Source: Octopus sinensis
Lineage: Eukaryota
Assembly: GCF_006345805.1 (NCBI RefSeq)
Contig: NC_042998.1
Span: forward strand, 23,560,001-23,624,000
Length of the DNA stretch: 64,000 bases
Direction of reading: 5' to 3'
Positions 25,805 through 38,701 of the stretch are shown piece after piece (position 1 is the stretch's first letter; every line of letters starts with the position of its first letter). Below the pieces are notes generated by a model. The model had not been told where the DNA came from. It made no database searches and saw nothing but the letters and a program-made list of their open reading frames with translations. The translations under genes and the position numbers were made by a program.

Positions 25805-25841
25805 TAGTCAGAAACATATACAGATGTGTGTGTATATTATA

Positions 25842-25879
<38 letters not shown>

Positions 25880-26236
25880 ACACCCATATTTATGTACACA
25901 CACACACATACACACGCACACACATAAACACACACACAATCATCATGTTTGCTAGACAGGTCATCACAAACATAGGTATAGTCAGAAATATATACAGATG
26001 TGAGTGTATATTATATATTTTACACACACACATATTTATGTACACACACGCACACATTCATCATGTTTGTTAGACAGGTCATCACAAACATAGGTATTGT
26101 CAGAAACATATACAGATGTGTGTGTATATTATATATTTTACACACATACACACACACACACACACATTTATGTACACACACACACACACATACACACACA
26201 TTCGTCATGTTGTTTGTTAGACAGGTCATCACAAAG
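25805..26236. repeat. Three-copy compound tandem repeat with variable internal (CA)n
   Basis: gtcagaaa(c/t)atatacagatgtg at about 25807, 25981 and 26099; each unit ends in tagacaggtcatcacaaa. Confidence 0.85.
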
Positions 26237-26377
26237 ATTTTACCTTACCTGTTTATACATGTTTGAAATTTTTCCTATGGTTGGTGGATTTTATGTTATG
26301 ATCTAATCCATAAAATACATCCATAAACTTCTACCGAAACAACTCTAGTGAATCTCAAACCCCATTTGTGTTCTCCA

Positions 26378-26730
26378 TTCATACATACATACATACATAC
26401 ATACATACATACATAAATACATACTTACATACGTACGTACATACACACATACGTACATACATTCATACATACATACATACGTACATACATACATTCATTC
26501 ATACATACATACATAAATACTTACATACATACATGCATGCATACATACATACATATGTACACACATACATACATACATACATACATACACACATACATAC
26601 ACACATACATACATACATACATACACACATACATACATACACACACACATACATGCACACATGCACAGACACACACATACATACACACATACACACACAC
26701 ACACACACACAGATGCACAAACGCACACAT
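26378..26730. repeat. (CATA)n/(CA)n microsatellite
   Basis: Direct reading. Confidence 0.95.
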
Positions 26731-26842
26731 ACGTATATATATGCTTCAATAAATTTACTGAAAGAGATATATATTGCATTACTTGATGCTCAACGGCTGA
26801 CAAGAAGTTCAATATCAGATAAATTTACAATAAAGAGACTAT

Positions 26843-27090
26843 TGATATTATAAGAATGAGTGGAACTAGGCTGACTGATAGGTTTTTTTTTTGTTTTTGT
26901 TTCTTTTTTTTTTTTACTATCTTATCTTTAGAATTGACTGATTAAGTTGCTGTGTCCAAGAAAGAATACCATGTTTCTTTATGTCAGATAACGTACTTCG
27001 AATTCTCAGGAACACTGCTGATATTCAATTAATTTTTTCATTTTAGAAATATATTATCAAATAGAATATGATCTCAGCTATTCTGTATGT
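26843..27090 (+). repeat. About 250-bp direct repeat, copy 1 (copy 2 at about 30577-30818)
   Basis: Shared gtggaactagg...tcttatctttagaattgactgattaagttg...gtcagataacgtacttcgaa.tctcaggaacactgctgatattcaa...ctgtatgt. Confidence 0.85.
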
Positions 27091-28595
27091 ACAGAAACGA
27101 AATAATTATAATGGACATTTGAGGAGGATTGTATAAGATTTAGAATGATGTCTTTGTAAATGATTTTCCCTTACGTGATCATCATCATCGTTGTTGTTGT
27201 TGTTATTATTGTTGTTGATACCAATGATTAAATATCATATTTCACTGCTGCTGCTATGAATTAGATGAATCTACAGTATGCATCTATTCCTATGTTCCAG
27301 TCTCGTAATATATTATATGGCCTGGTTAATCTAATAAAGTCCACTGACTACATCATCCCAGAATTTCAATGGCCTGTTCCAAAGTCTCATTTACAATCTC
27401 TCTATGGATTCTGCAGCTTCTGTTGACAAGCATCAAATTTTCCAATAAAACGTTTTCTCTGCTTGAGTTAAAATAGGAGAACCTCAGGTTTAAGCTCATC
27501 AATATGAATTCTAATTTATATATTGTGTTGTATATTTGGACGAGACATTTCATTCTACATATATATATAAAGCACCAGTTTTATCAATGAGATTACTGTT
27601 CGTGGGTGGTTTGTTAAAAGGATTGGTTCTATAAAATTTCAAAAGACTCGTATTTCAAAGAATTTGTTTCAAAAGCAAACAAAAAAAATGAACAAAGGTA
27701 CAGGTGTGCCTGTGTGGTAAGAAGTTTGCTTTCCAACCAAGTGGTTCCAGGTTCAGTCCCACTGAGTGGCACCTTGAGCCAGTGTTTCTACTATAGCCCC
27801 GAGTTGACCAAAGCATTGTGAGTGGATGTGGTTGACAGAAACTGAAAGAAGCCTAAGGCGGCAAGCTGGCAGAAACGTTAGCACGCTGGCAAAATGCTTA
27901 GTGGTATTTTGTCTGTTGCTATGTTCTGAGCTCAAATTCCGCCGAGGTCAACTTTGCCTTTCATCCTTTCGGGGTCGATTAAATAAGTACCAGTTACACA
28001 TTGGGGTCGATATAATCGACTTAATCCGTTTGTCTGTCCTTGCTTGTCCTCTCCGTGTTTAGCCCCTTGTGGGTAGTAAAGAAATAGGTATTTTGTCTGG
28101 CTTTACATTCTGAATTCAAATTCCTCTGAGGTCGACAGTTGCATACTGGGGTCGATCTAATCGACTGGCTCCCTCCCCAGAAATTTCAGGCCTTGTGGCT
28201 AAAGTAGAAAAAAATATTATACAGAATGTCAAAACAAAATCTCAACCATAAATATTATCAGATGATTCGCACACATAACATAAACTGAAAATATTTTTGA
28301 AACTAAGGCTAAATGTTTATTTACTTATCCACATTTTAAAGACTATTATTATTATTATTGCTGATGCTGTTGTTAATGTAATTATTTTTTTGCTTGAATT
28401 GCTTATTTGGATGTGGCCATGCTGGGGCACCAGCTTGAAGAATTTTAGTCAGGTGACTTGACCCCAGTACTTGCTTATTTTGTTTTAAGCCTGGTACTTG
28501 TCCTACCGGTCTCTTTTACCAAACCACTAAATTGCAGGGATGTAAACACACCAACACCAGTTGTCAAGTAGTGGTTGGGAACGAACATACACATA

Positions 28596-28985
28596 TCATC
28601 ATCATTATCATCATCATCGTTTAGCGTCCGCTTTCCATGCTAGCATGGGTTGGACGATTTGACTGAGGTCTGGCGAACCAGATGGCTGCACCAGACTCCA
28701 ATCTTGATCTGGCAGAGTTTCTACAGCTGGATGCCCTTCCTAACGCCAACCACTCCGAGAGTGTAGTGGGTGCTTTTACATGCCACCGGCACGGGGGCCA
28801 GTCAGGCGGTACTGGCAACAGCCATGCCCAAATGCCAGTAAGGTGATGCTGGTAATGATCACGCTCGAATGGTGCTTTTTACGTGCCACTGGCACGGAAG
28901 CCAGTTAGCTGCTCTGTCAACGATCACGCTCGGATGGTGCTCTTAGTGCTCCACTAGCACGGATGCCAGTCATCGAATTTGATTT
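28596..28985 (-). mobile_element. SINE family C copy about 80 bp upstream of exon B
   Basis: catcatcatcgtttagcgtccgc... with internal tgcttttacgtgccac repeats. Confidence 0.8.
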
Positions 28986-29066
28986 TGTAATTTCTTATTT
29001 AAAATGGTAACTGAATAAAATGTACCTGTGTCCAAAGTAATGAATTGTCTTCATTTATTTCTTTAG

Positions 29067-29233
29067 GAGTGGAAGATAGCTTTATGATGGCCGCTCCATG
29101 GGAACAGTCTATCATCCATGAATTGGATTTAACATCTACGGAACTTTCAAAAGAGTGCCTGGAGAATATTCTACTTAGAATGCCTGGATTTATCTATCTT
29201 GGACTTGGGTACTGTGAATTCTTTACAGATACG
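29067..29233 (+). CDS. Internal coding exon B of the same LRR protein
   Basis: ttctttAG acceptor (29065-66); G+GA gives Gly in frame with exon A. Peptide VEDSFMMAAPWEQSIIHELDLTSTELSKECLENILLRMPGFIYLGLGYCEFFTDT has an LRR pattern. Donor ACG|GTAAAT, phase 0. Confidence 0.9.
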
Positions 29234-29973
29234 GTAAATATTTCTTGTTATTTGATTTTTCTTTTTCTTTTTTAAAACTGATTTACATTACATTAATTTC
29301 TGCATGTTGTTTGTTCCTTCTTGAGCCATGCCTGGCTCATAAAAACCGGTTTCCCAGTTTCCTTGGCATATAGGTTCCCCACCTGGACGGGATGCTGGTC
29401 TATCACAGGTGAGCTGCAAGATGCAGGAGGAAAGAGTGAGAGAAAGTAGTGGCGAAAGAGTCAGCAGATGTTCGCCATTACCTTCTTTCAGAGCCACATG
29501 GAGCTTAGGTGTTTCGCTCATAAACAAACACATAGTCCAGTCTGAGATTCGAACCCGCGATTCCTTGACTGCGAGTCCGCTGCTCTAACCACTAGGCCAT
29601 GTGCCTCGACATTGATGGCATGGTCTGCTGCAGACTTGTTTGGTAAACATTAGCGAATAACTTGTTTGCTGATTTCTTTAAACAAGATCCTTGTTAGATT
29701 CACCAGTTCATGGTAACTTTGACTAATGATACACACAATAAGGTTGAAACCCCATGGTGTCTCAAAGTTCCCTGATACTAGTAAATCATATGTGCTATGA
29801 ACATACATCATCTAAAAGGAAAAGAGGTGTTCTGATGATGGAATGCAACAGTGGTCAGATATTCAAGTTCAAATCTGAAGAATATGTTATGAATGCAGTT
29901 CTGTATTTAAGAGATGAGGAATTATGTACATTATTTACATTCGACGATATTTGTCCTTATCTTGTTTGTTGTT

Positions 29974-30019
29974 AACACAATATTTCGGCTGATATACCCA
30001 CCAGCCTTCTTCAGGTGTC
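29974..30019 (-). ncRNA. Minimal type I hammerhead ribozyme-like motif
   Basis: gacac-CUGAAGA-a-ggcugg(ugggu aua)ucagcc-GAAA-ua-UU-guguu: stem I, stem II and palindromic stem III (AUAU) are all present. Confidence 0.6.
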
Positions 30020-30210
30020 CTGGGGAAATTCCGAATCTGGGCTCTCACTCCCAAGGTATTCCGAGTTCGATTCTGAGCAGTGACCTGAACACTAGCGATA
30101 ACAACAACAACAACAGCAGCAGCAGCTACAACAACAACAACAGCAACAACAACAATAATAACATCAAAGGATACCTTGGGAGTGAGAGCCCAGGTTCGAA
30201 ATTTCCTCAA

Positions 30211-30253
30211 GATACCTGATGAAGGCTGGAGAGTATATCAGCCGAAACGTGTT
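30211..30253 (+). ncRNA. Degenerate hammerhead-like motif (second arm)
   Basis: gauac-CUGAUGA-a-ggcugg...ucagcc-GAAA-cgu-guu; a 2-nt deletion disrupts the cleavage site or stem I. Confidence 0.4.
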
Positions 30254-30576
30254 AAAAACAAACAAGATGAGGACAAATATCCATCGAATGTAAATAATGT
30301 AAATAATGTTATGAATGAACAGATATATCAGTGTTTTTTTTATTATTATATATTTCTTTAAAATACCATGTCCATAATAACCTTGATTGTTATCATAATC
30401 TTTATGAAGATCGTTATCATCCTAGCTATTCTTCTTTTTCATCAACTTCACTGCCACCGTTGTCATCATATCTTTCCTCCTCAACAAGATTATCATTACA
30501 TCCATTCCATCATGGCCAATATCACTACCATCATCATCATCAGCATCACCGATATTACTGTTATCGGTTATCTTCT

Positions 30577-30818
30577 TTGATATAAGACAAGTGGAACTAG
30601 GTTGACCGATAGTTTTTGTTTGTTTTTTGTTTCTTTTTATTTTTCTGTCTTATCTTTAGAATTGACTGATTAAGTTGTTGAATGCAAGAAAGAATGCCAT
30701 GTTCCTTTATGTCAGATAACGTACTTCGAACTCTCAGGAACACTGCTGATATTCAATTAATTTTTTCATCTTATAAATGTATTATCAAATACAATATGAC
30801 CTCAGCTGCTCTGTATGT
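30577..30818 (+). repeat. About 250-bp direct repeat, copy 2
   Basis: Homologous to 26843-27090 with scattered substitutions. Confidence 0.85.
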
Positions 30819-30831
30819 CATCATCATTATC

Positions 30832-30862
<31 letters not shown>

Positions 30863-30989
30863 GCAGCAGCAGCAGCACCGCCGCCACCACAACCACCACC
30901 ACCACCATCACTATCACTGCCACATACAAGCATTAACCATACATCTTCCATTAATTTACTTGGAATTATTATTTCAAGTGATGGGATCA

Positions 30990-32830
30990 AACTATCATAT
31001 TGTCTAAAAGACAGGATCCAATGGATTAATGTTCCTAAATCGAAAGAAAAAATTTGAAAACATTTGCAGCTGGTAAACTATTATCACTAGTTTATTCCAA
31101 AATTTGCAGACACGGCTGATCCTATTTTTGCTGTAAAAAGAAATGTTTTATTTCGGAAATGTACTAAGAAAAGGCCTTTAATATGGCAAATAAACATCAT
31201 TCATAATACCTTGTTATGACAACATTTTCTGTTGAGTGTGAAACAAGTCTTGCTGATGCTAAAAATTTGTAGTAGCTGGAATAATGGCTCAAAATGAAAA
31301 ACCCATACCATGTGTTAGCTATATACTAAATAGAACACAGAGAAATTGGAGAAATACTGAATGTGAAACCCATGTGGTACTTATGATGTATTGAAAAACT
31401 GAGACATATTCTATTATGGGTCCTGGCAGAAACGTTAGCATACTGGGTGAAATGCCTAGTGGTATTTCATCTGCTGTTATATTCTGAGTTCAAATTCCGC
31501 CGAGGTCAACTGTGCCTTTCATCCTTTCGGGGTTGATTAAATAAAGTACCAGTTAATCACTGGGCTCAGTGTAACCGACTTAATTTCCTTGTCTGTCCTT
31601 GTTTGTTCCCTCTATGTTTAGCCCCCTGTGGGCAATAAAGAAATATATTATGGGTACTTATATGATCATAATGGGATTTCAGAATCATTCCAATGCCTGG
31701 TAAAACCATCAGTCGTGTTGATTCTATTAACAGACTACAGAGAATGACTCAGATCAGTTTGGGTCAGTGTTCTTTATAAAGAAAGGCATTGCACTCTGAC
31801 GTAAGTTATGAGGTATCAATTTTTGCTGACAGTTGCTGGAAAATATTGTATAAAAGATTTTAGAATGATAATTTGCCAGAGATTCTTCTTAACTGAATAT
31901 GTAGGAGAATAATCTTATCTTCAAATGAAAAATGTCATTTATTCCTGAATATTATCATATAAAACATCTTTCCAAAATTCATGCCATGCACATGAATGAA
32001 CGATGTATAATGAAAAGAGAAATGTTTTGTGTTTGGCGACCTAATCTTAGTCTTGATGTTGAAGAACTTGTGAAATATTGTGATATGCACTAAAATCAAA
32101 TTTAAAGGTAGCCTTTGTTCTGATAAGAGATCTGGATTCCAGCCATGAGAAAGATTACATGTAGACTGTGGATATATACAAATTCTGGGAATATGTTGGT
32201 CATAGTTTATTCAACTATTAATTGTATCAAAACTTCTTATTTTCTAGTAATAGCTTGGAAAACAAGGAAATGTTTCTTTAATAGCTTTCCTAGATTTTGC
32301 ATTTCAATGCCAGTTTGTTTGTTCCTTCTTGAGCCTTGCCTGGCTCATAAGGGCCGGTTTCCTTGGCATATAGGTTCCCCACCTGGACGGGACGCTGGTC
32401 CGTCGCAGGTGGGCTGCAAGATGCAGGAGGAAAGAGTGAGAGAAAGTTGTGGCGAAAGAGTCAGCAGAAGTTCATCATTACCAGAGCCGCGTGGAGCTAA
32501 GGTGTTTTGCTCATAAACACACACACATCACCCGGTCTGAGATTCGAACCCGCTGTCCTTCGACCGTGAGTCCACTGCTCTAACCACTAGGCTATGTGCC
32601 TCTACATGCCAGTAGTATCAAACAATGGATTAAATTCATTCAAATAAAAGACTGGTTAAACTGATTTGGTTACCAGAATCCTATCTATTTCCTGGTTTGG
32701 CTGAAAGATCTGTGCATGTCATCAAGTCTGTATTAAAAGTTTGCAGTTTGTTATTATTTGGAAAGATTAATGAGTATTTATTTACTAATGGCTCTTTTCA
32801 ACCAATGCAGAGCATCTGATGCAGACAAGT
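30990..32830 (+). mobile_element. Highly decayed Ty3/Gypsy LTR-retrotransposon pol (RT connection, RNase H, integrase)
   Basis: Frame-broken motifs in Gypsy order: LVNYY..FIPKFADTADP; DA..AGIMAQNEKPIPCVSYILNRTQRNW; VWRPNLSLDVEELVKYCD (integrase zinc region); VVSNNG; GLAERSV. Interrupted by two SINEs; no LTRs recognised. Confidence 0.7.
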
Positions 32831-33290
32831 TATTTTCATTTGAGAATGACTTGTAGACAACTAAAACTAGCAGTCAGCCTTTATTTAACGAGGTTGGATG
32901 ACTGGTTTATTAGAAGAACAATATAACATTTCTTGCAGATGTATGTTATCTTATTCATGTTGATAGAAATACAGCCTGGTTTGTTGTAGATTTATGCAAT
33001 TGTCATTAACACATCATCATCATTATCATTTTAATGCCCACTTTTCCGTACTATAAGATGCAGTGGACTCAAAGTTGAGTGCCTAAGTGACACCTTTTAG
33101 CCTCATCAGAGCTTTTAGCAGAAACAGCTGTAAGCCAGTGAAACTCATAAGATAATTTTTTATTCCTTTGTCATTTCGCTTTTTTCTATATTACCACCCT
33201 GTACTCAGCTTATGCTTTGTTCAGAAGCACGCATATATTGAGCTCTGCACCAGATTATTAGTATTGTAATGCCTATGTGAAATATTAAAA

Positions 33291-33310
33291 TGCACACACA
33301 CACACACACA

Positions 33311-33353
<43 letters not shown>

Positions 33354-35108
33354 ACACACATGCACTCACACGTATGACAGGCTTCTTTCAGTTTCCATCC
33401 ATCAGATCCACTTGTAAGGCAACGTTTGGTCTCGGGCCATAAAAGACACATGACCAAGTTACCACAGTGCCACATTACGTGATTGAACCTGGAACTGTGT
33501 GGCTGGGAAGCAAATTCCTTACCACATACTCACACCTGTGTAAATTTCATTGAATCATAGTGACAAATTCAATACCCACCTCCTTCCTCAGAAAAAAAGC
33601 ACCTGCAAAAGACCAGCATGCAATCTAGAGGAAAGGTTTATCTCTTGCCTTATATAGCATGATGAGAAACTGAAAATAAACACCACATCTCTGCATTCTT
33701 CTGATTTGGAAAGGATTAGCTTATCAAAAAATTTGCAGGGATAAATGAAGAAAGGTATTAAAATAAATGCTCTTGGTATTCACCACATCTTTCTACTGCT
33801 GCTGGTGCTTTAGTTAAATAGTTCTAATACTCTCAATAAAATAGTTTGTTAGAGAAAAGGCATGCAGTCATAGAAACTACACTGGAAATGTAGTTTCTAA
33901 GGTGGCGAGCTGGCAGAAATGCTTGCACGCCAGGCAAAATGCTTAGCGGTATTTCGTCTGACATTACGTTCTGAGTTCAAATTCCGCCGAGGTTGACTTT
34001 GCCTTTCATCCTTTTTGGGGTCGATTAAATAAGTACTAGTTACGCACTGGGGTCAATGTAAATGACTTAGTCCCTTTGTTTGTCCCATCTATGTTTAGCC
34101 CCCTGTGGGCAATAAAGAAATAAAAAAACACTTACACAAATCACACACACTCGCACACACACACATACACATGCACACACACGCACACACACACACCACA
34201 CACACACACACACACGCACACACACATACACACACACATGCACTCACACGTATGACAGGCTTCTTTCAGTTTCCATCCATCAGATCCACTTGTAAGGCAA
34301 CGTTTGGTCTCGGGCCATAAAAGACACATGACCAAGTTACCACAGTGCCACATTACGTGATTGAACCTGGAACTGTGTGGCTGGGAAGCAAATTCCTTAC
34401 CACATACTCACACCTGTGTAAATTTCATTGAATCATAGTGACAAATTCAATACCCACCTCCTTCCTCAGAAAAAAAGCACCTGCAAAAGACCAGCATGCA
34501 ATCTAGAGGAAAGGTTTATCTCTTGCCTTATATAGCATGATGAGAAACTGAAAATAAACACCACATCTCTGCATTCTTCTGATTTGGAAAGGATTAGCTT
34601 ATCAAAAAATTTGCAGGGATAAATGAAGAAAGGTATTAAAATAAATGCTCTTGGTATTCACCACATCTTTCTACTGCTGCTGGTGCTTTAGTTAAATAGT
34701 TCTAATACTCTCAATAAAATAGTTTGTTAGAGAAAAGGCATGCAGTCATAGAAACTACACTGGAAATGTAGTTTCTAAGGTGGCGAGCTGGCAGAAATGC
34801 TTGCACGCCAGGCAAAATGCTTAGCGGTATTTCGTCTGACATTACGTTCTGAGTTCAAATTCCGCCGAGGTTGACTTTGCCTTTCATCCTTTTTGGGGTC
34901 GATTAAATAAGTACTAGTTACGCACTGGGGTCAATGTAAATGACTTAGTCCCTTTGTTTGTCCCATCTATGTTTAGCCCCCTGTGGGCAATAAAGAAATA
35001 AAAAAACACTTACACAAATCACACACACTCGCACACACACACATACACATGCACACACACGCACATACACACACACACATACACACACACACAACACACA
35101 CACACACA
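33291..35108. repeat. 878-bp tandem duplication bounded by (CA)n tracts
   Basis: 33361 matches 34239 and 34141 matches 35019; unique sequence is identical by eye. Confidence 0.93.
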
Positions 35109-35551
35109 ATGGGCTTCTTTCAGTTTCCGTCCAACAAATTCACTCACAAGGCTTTGGTCAGCCCAGGCTATAGTAGAAGACACAATGGGACTGAACCCAG
35201 AACCACATGGTTGCGAAGCACACTTCTTACCACGCAGCCACTCTGCCTATTTTAATATAATTTTATTTAGAGTAGGCAGTGAGCTGGCAGAAACGTTAGC
35301 ACGCTGGGTGAAGCCTTTTGCGGTATTTCGCCTGTCTTTATGTTCTGAGTTCAAATTCCACCGAGGTCGACTTTGCCTTTCATCCTTTCGGGGTGGGTAA
35401 ATTAAGTACCAGTTGCATTCCAGGTTCATAGCACCTTGGGTAAGTGTCTTATTCAGTAGCTATGGGCCAACCAAAGCCTTGTGAGTCGATTAGGTAGATG
35501 GAAACTGAAAGAAGCCTGTCATCTATATGTACACACACACACACATGTATG

Positions 35552-35599
<48 letters not shown>

Positions 35600-37263
35600 T
35601 GAGTGCTTTTGTGCTTGTGACCCCACTGCTTGATGACTGGTATTAGTGTGTTTATGTCCTCATAACTTAACAGTTCAGCAAAAGAGACTGATAGAATAAG
35701 TATGAGGCTTAAAAAAAAATTTAATAATAAGCACTGGGGTTGATTCATTCATTCAACTAAAACATAATTTTCAAGGCGGTGCCCTAGCATGGCCTCGGTC
35801 TATTGGCTGAAATAAGTAAAAAAAACTTAAGAAGGTAAGAAAAGATGAGCACCCTCACTCACCCATTAGATTATTACACCAATATTTAGTGTTATTAATG
35901 TTTGCATATGGAAGTGAAAATAGGGAATATTGCTGGTTAGAAAGGAACTCCCAGTAAGTCAAATCTGGTAACCAGTTCTTCTTCCCAGTTATAGGAATTT
36001 CAGTTTCTTATGTTCCTGAATAAAACGTTAAGACATTAAGTGATATTTGCATGTTGATTTTGCTGAGAAAGACTGATCTTGCCAAGCTACCATGTTAGCT
36101 CAAAAGAAGAATGTTCATTGGTTCCCATAATATCTGATACATTCTTGAAGTCCGAGAAAACATATGGAAATCATTACTATTTCTTATGTTCATATTTCAA
36201 CTTGGGAATGTGTTTATGAAATTCTAGTAAAATATTTTCGGTGAATAGTGTTTTGAGTTGTTTGGGTGCCTGGAGAAATATTTTCTTATAGCTTCCTGCA
36301 TAACATGAATATAATTCCCCATATAATTGAGCCAAAGTTATAATGAAATGAGGAATATAAATATTGTGATAGGTTCAGGGATGTTTATGTGATTCAGAAA
36401 CTTGCTTCTTAACAACGTAGTTTTAGGTTTAGTCCCATGGTGTGATATTTAGAGCAAGTGTTTTCTACTAGAGCTTTGAGCTGACCAAAGATATATATAT
36501 ATATATATATATTAATTCAAAATACGATGAACGTAAACAAACAAATGAAGTTTGCTTTTGAAGCGTTGAGATGTCTTAGAAAGTTAAAGAAGTGATTTTA
36601 AATTCTCAAACGCAGGATAATGCTAATAATATAGCCTGAACAGGATAAGCTACCCCTATGCTGCGGAAAAAAAGTGTTGCCGGCCGGCTACATATATGTA
36701 TACATGAGGTGTTCAAAAAGTTACTCTGCAGTGAAACGGAAATCAGCCTTGGAAGTGCTCACACAGCAGTAAAAAAAGAAATTAAATTTCTTTCCATACA
36801 AAGTTCTGGCCATTCAAGAATTGAAGACTACGGATCATGCTAAAGGGTTTCATTATTGTTATTGGTTCCAAAACTTTGTTGCCAAAAAAGGCATAGAAGT
36901 GCTGGATGGGTTGCTTTTACACCAATGAGATTTGGTTTTATCTGTCGGGACACATAAATTTGAAAAACATAAGGTTATGGAGCACTGAGAATCCACATGT
37001 GATGCATGAGCAACCTCCGCTCTGTCTGGCACCTGTGCAGGTGGCACGTAAAAAGCACCCACTACACTCACGGAGTGGTTGGCGTTAGGAAGGGCATCCA
37101 GCCGTAGAAACACTGCCAGATTTGACTGGGCCTGATGAAGCCTTCTGGCTTCACAGACCCCAGTAGAACCGTCCAACCCATGCCAGCATGGAAATCGAAC
37201 GCTAAACATGATGATGATGATGATGATGATAAACTGAAGTTTATATAATTTGTTCTTATTTAC

Positions 37264-37391
37264 CATTGTGGTTGTTTGGAACCCTGCATTGGATTTTTGA
37301 AGTCTCAGATCTTAGTTCTCTTATGATATGCTATGGTTAAGCATTCAGTTGCACTTGGAATTTCCAAATAGGGTTCCGAATAACCAGAATG
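37264..37391. mobile_element. Small MITE-like element (about 130 bp)
   Basis: 21-bp imperfect TIRs cattgtggttgtttggaaccc / gggttccgaataaccagaatg. Confidence 0.5.
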
Positions 37392-37430
37392 GTGAAACGT
37401 ACATAAGAACAAATGCTGTAAATATATGTA

Positions 37431-37646
37431 TAAGAGAGTCTGAAAAGTTCCTGGCTTTAAGGGTATTGTGAAAAACCTAGCTGGAGGCCCAACCTTTCAA
37501 GTTCTTTTACAGGACTTAGAAAAACTGAAGGACTGCCACAATAAGTGTGTGAATCTGAGAAGGGAATATGTTGAATATAATCATAATTAATTGATCCTTT
37601 TGTATTTTCTTTTACCCAAAGCCAGGAACTTTTAAGAACCACCTTG
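37431..37646. mobile_element. Mariner-derived MITE
   Basis: TIRs ...ctgaaaagttcctggcttt / aaagccaggaactttt..., TA flanks; inverted homolog at 61952-62168. Confidence 0.7.
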
Positions 37647-37978
37647 TATATGTGTGTGTGTAAACACAAGATATAAATGGGGAGTACTCTCATTTTCATT
37701 CTTCTGAAAAGACATCGGTCAGACAAGCTTGTGTGGCATGTGTAATAGTAGCTTCCATTTGAACTTTCATCATCATCATCATCGTTTAACGTCCGTTTTC
37801 CATGCTAGCATGGGTTGGATGGTTCGACCGGGGTCTGGGAAGCCAGGAGGCTGCACCAGGCTCCAGTCTGATCTGGCAGTGTTTCTACAGCTGGATGCCC
37901 TTCCTAAATCCACTCTCTAACTGGACAGAGTGCTTCTTTTGTTCAGCCCACCAATAACGGAACAGTACACTAAATGTG

Positions 37979-38009
<31 letters not shown>

Positions 38010-38701
38010 TGTGTGTGGGCTGGTGTGTAACCTTGTTTTGACAGTGGGCAATAATTTTAAACAAATGATGTCATCACAACTTCTGCAGATACATGTCTGG
38101 CTATGGGAAAAAGATATCTTACTTGGAAACAGGTGAGGGTTGGTGACAAGAAGGGCATCCCAGCCATAAAAGAGTCTGCCTTGATAATTCCTGTTCAATC
38201 AATGGAGGCAGGGAAAACATGGATGTTAAAATGATGGTGGCGGTGATGACAATGACAATGATGATGATGATGATGATTCAGCAAGTTAAAACTACAAGAC
38301 TGCAACAACCAAAACAACAACAACAAAAACAGCTGCCACAAAAAACAATTTTTACAGTGCTAAAATTATGGATAAGTCTTCAGATAAATTCTTTCTCAAA
38401 TCAATAAATGACATTAGAACAAGATTTGATAATTTGCATGATTGAATTATTCAAGAGATTTTTGTCTTGATAAGTATAAACGAATTTTATTTAAATATAT
38501 TCTTTTATTTTTTTCTTATTACGCAAAATTGATCTTGATATACCAAATAGCCACCAAATGGCCAGTTAAAAAATTGGAAATTTTGATACTTTTTTATGTA
38601 TTAAATCTTGATTCCTGATGGAAGCCATTTCATATTGTACCATTTCACTTAGGCTGCTTAAACTTTTGGTAAGGTATGAATATTAGAACATATATAAATT
38701 T

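Larger units (their letters stand above)
29896..30305. mobile_element. Penelope-like/retrozyme-like insert with inverted arms and a 12-bp TSD
   Basis: Arms about 29921-30062 and 30169-30305 are reverse complements around an (AAC/AGC)n loop. Direct repeat atgttatgaatg at 29884-29895 and 30306-30317. A hammerhead-like core is present in each arm. Confidence 0.7.

Noticed and set aside
33095-33140. Additional hammerhead (gaaacagctgta palindromic stem III)
   Set aside because: The CUGANGA core is not intact on the same strand; at best a dead relic.
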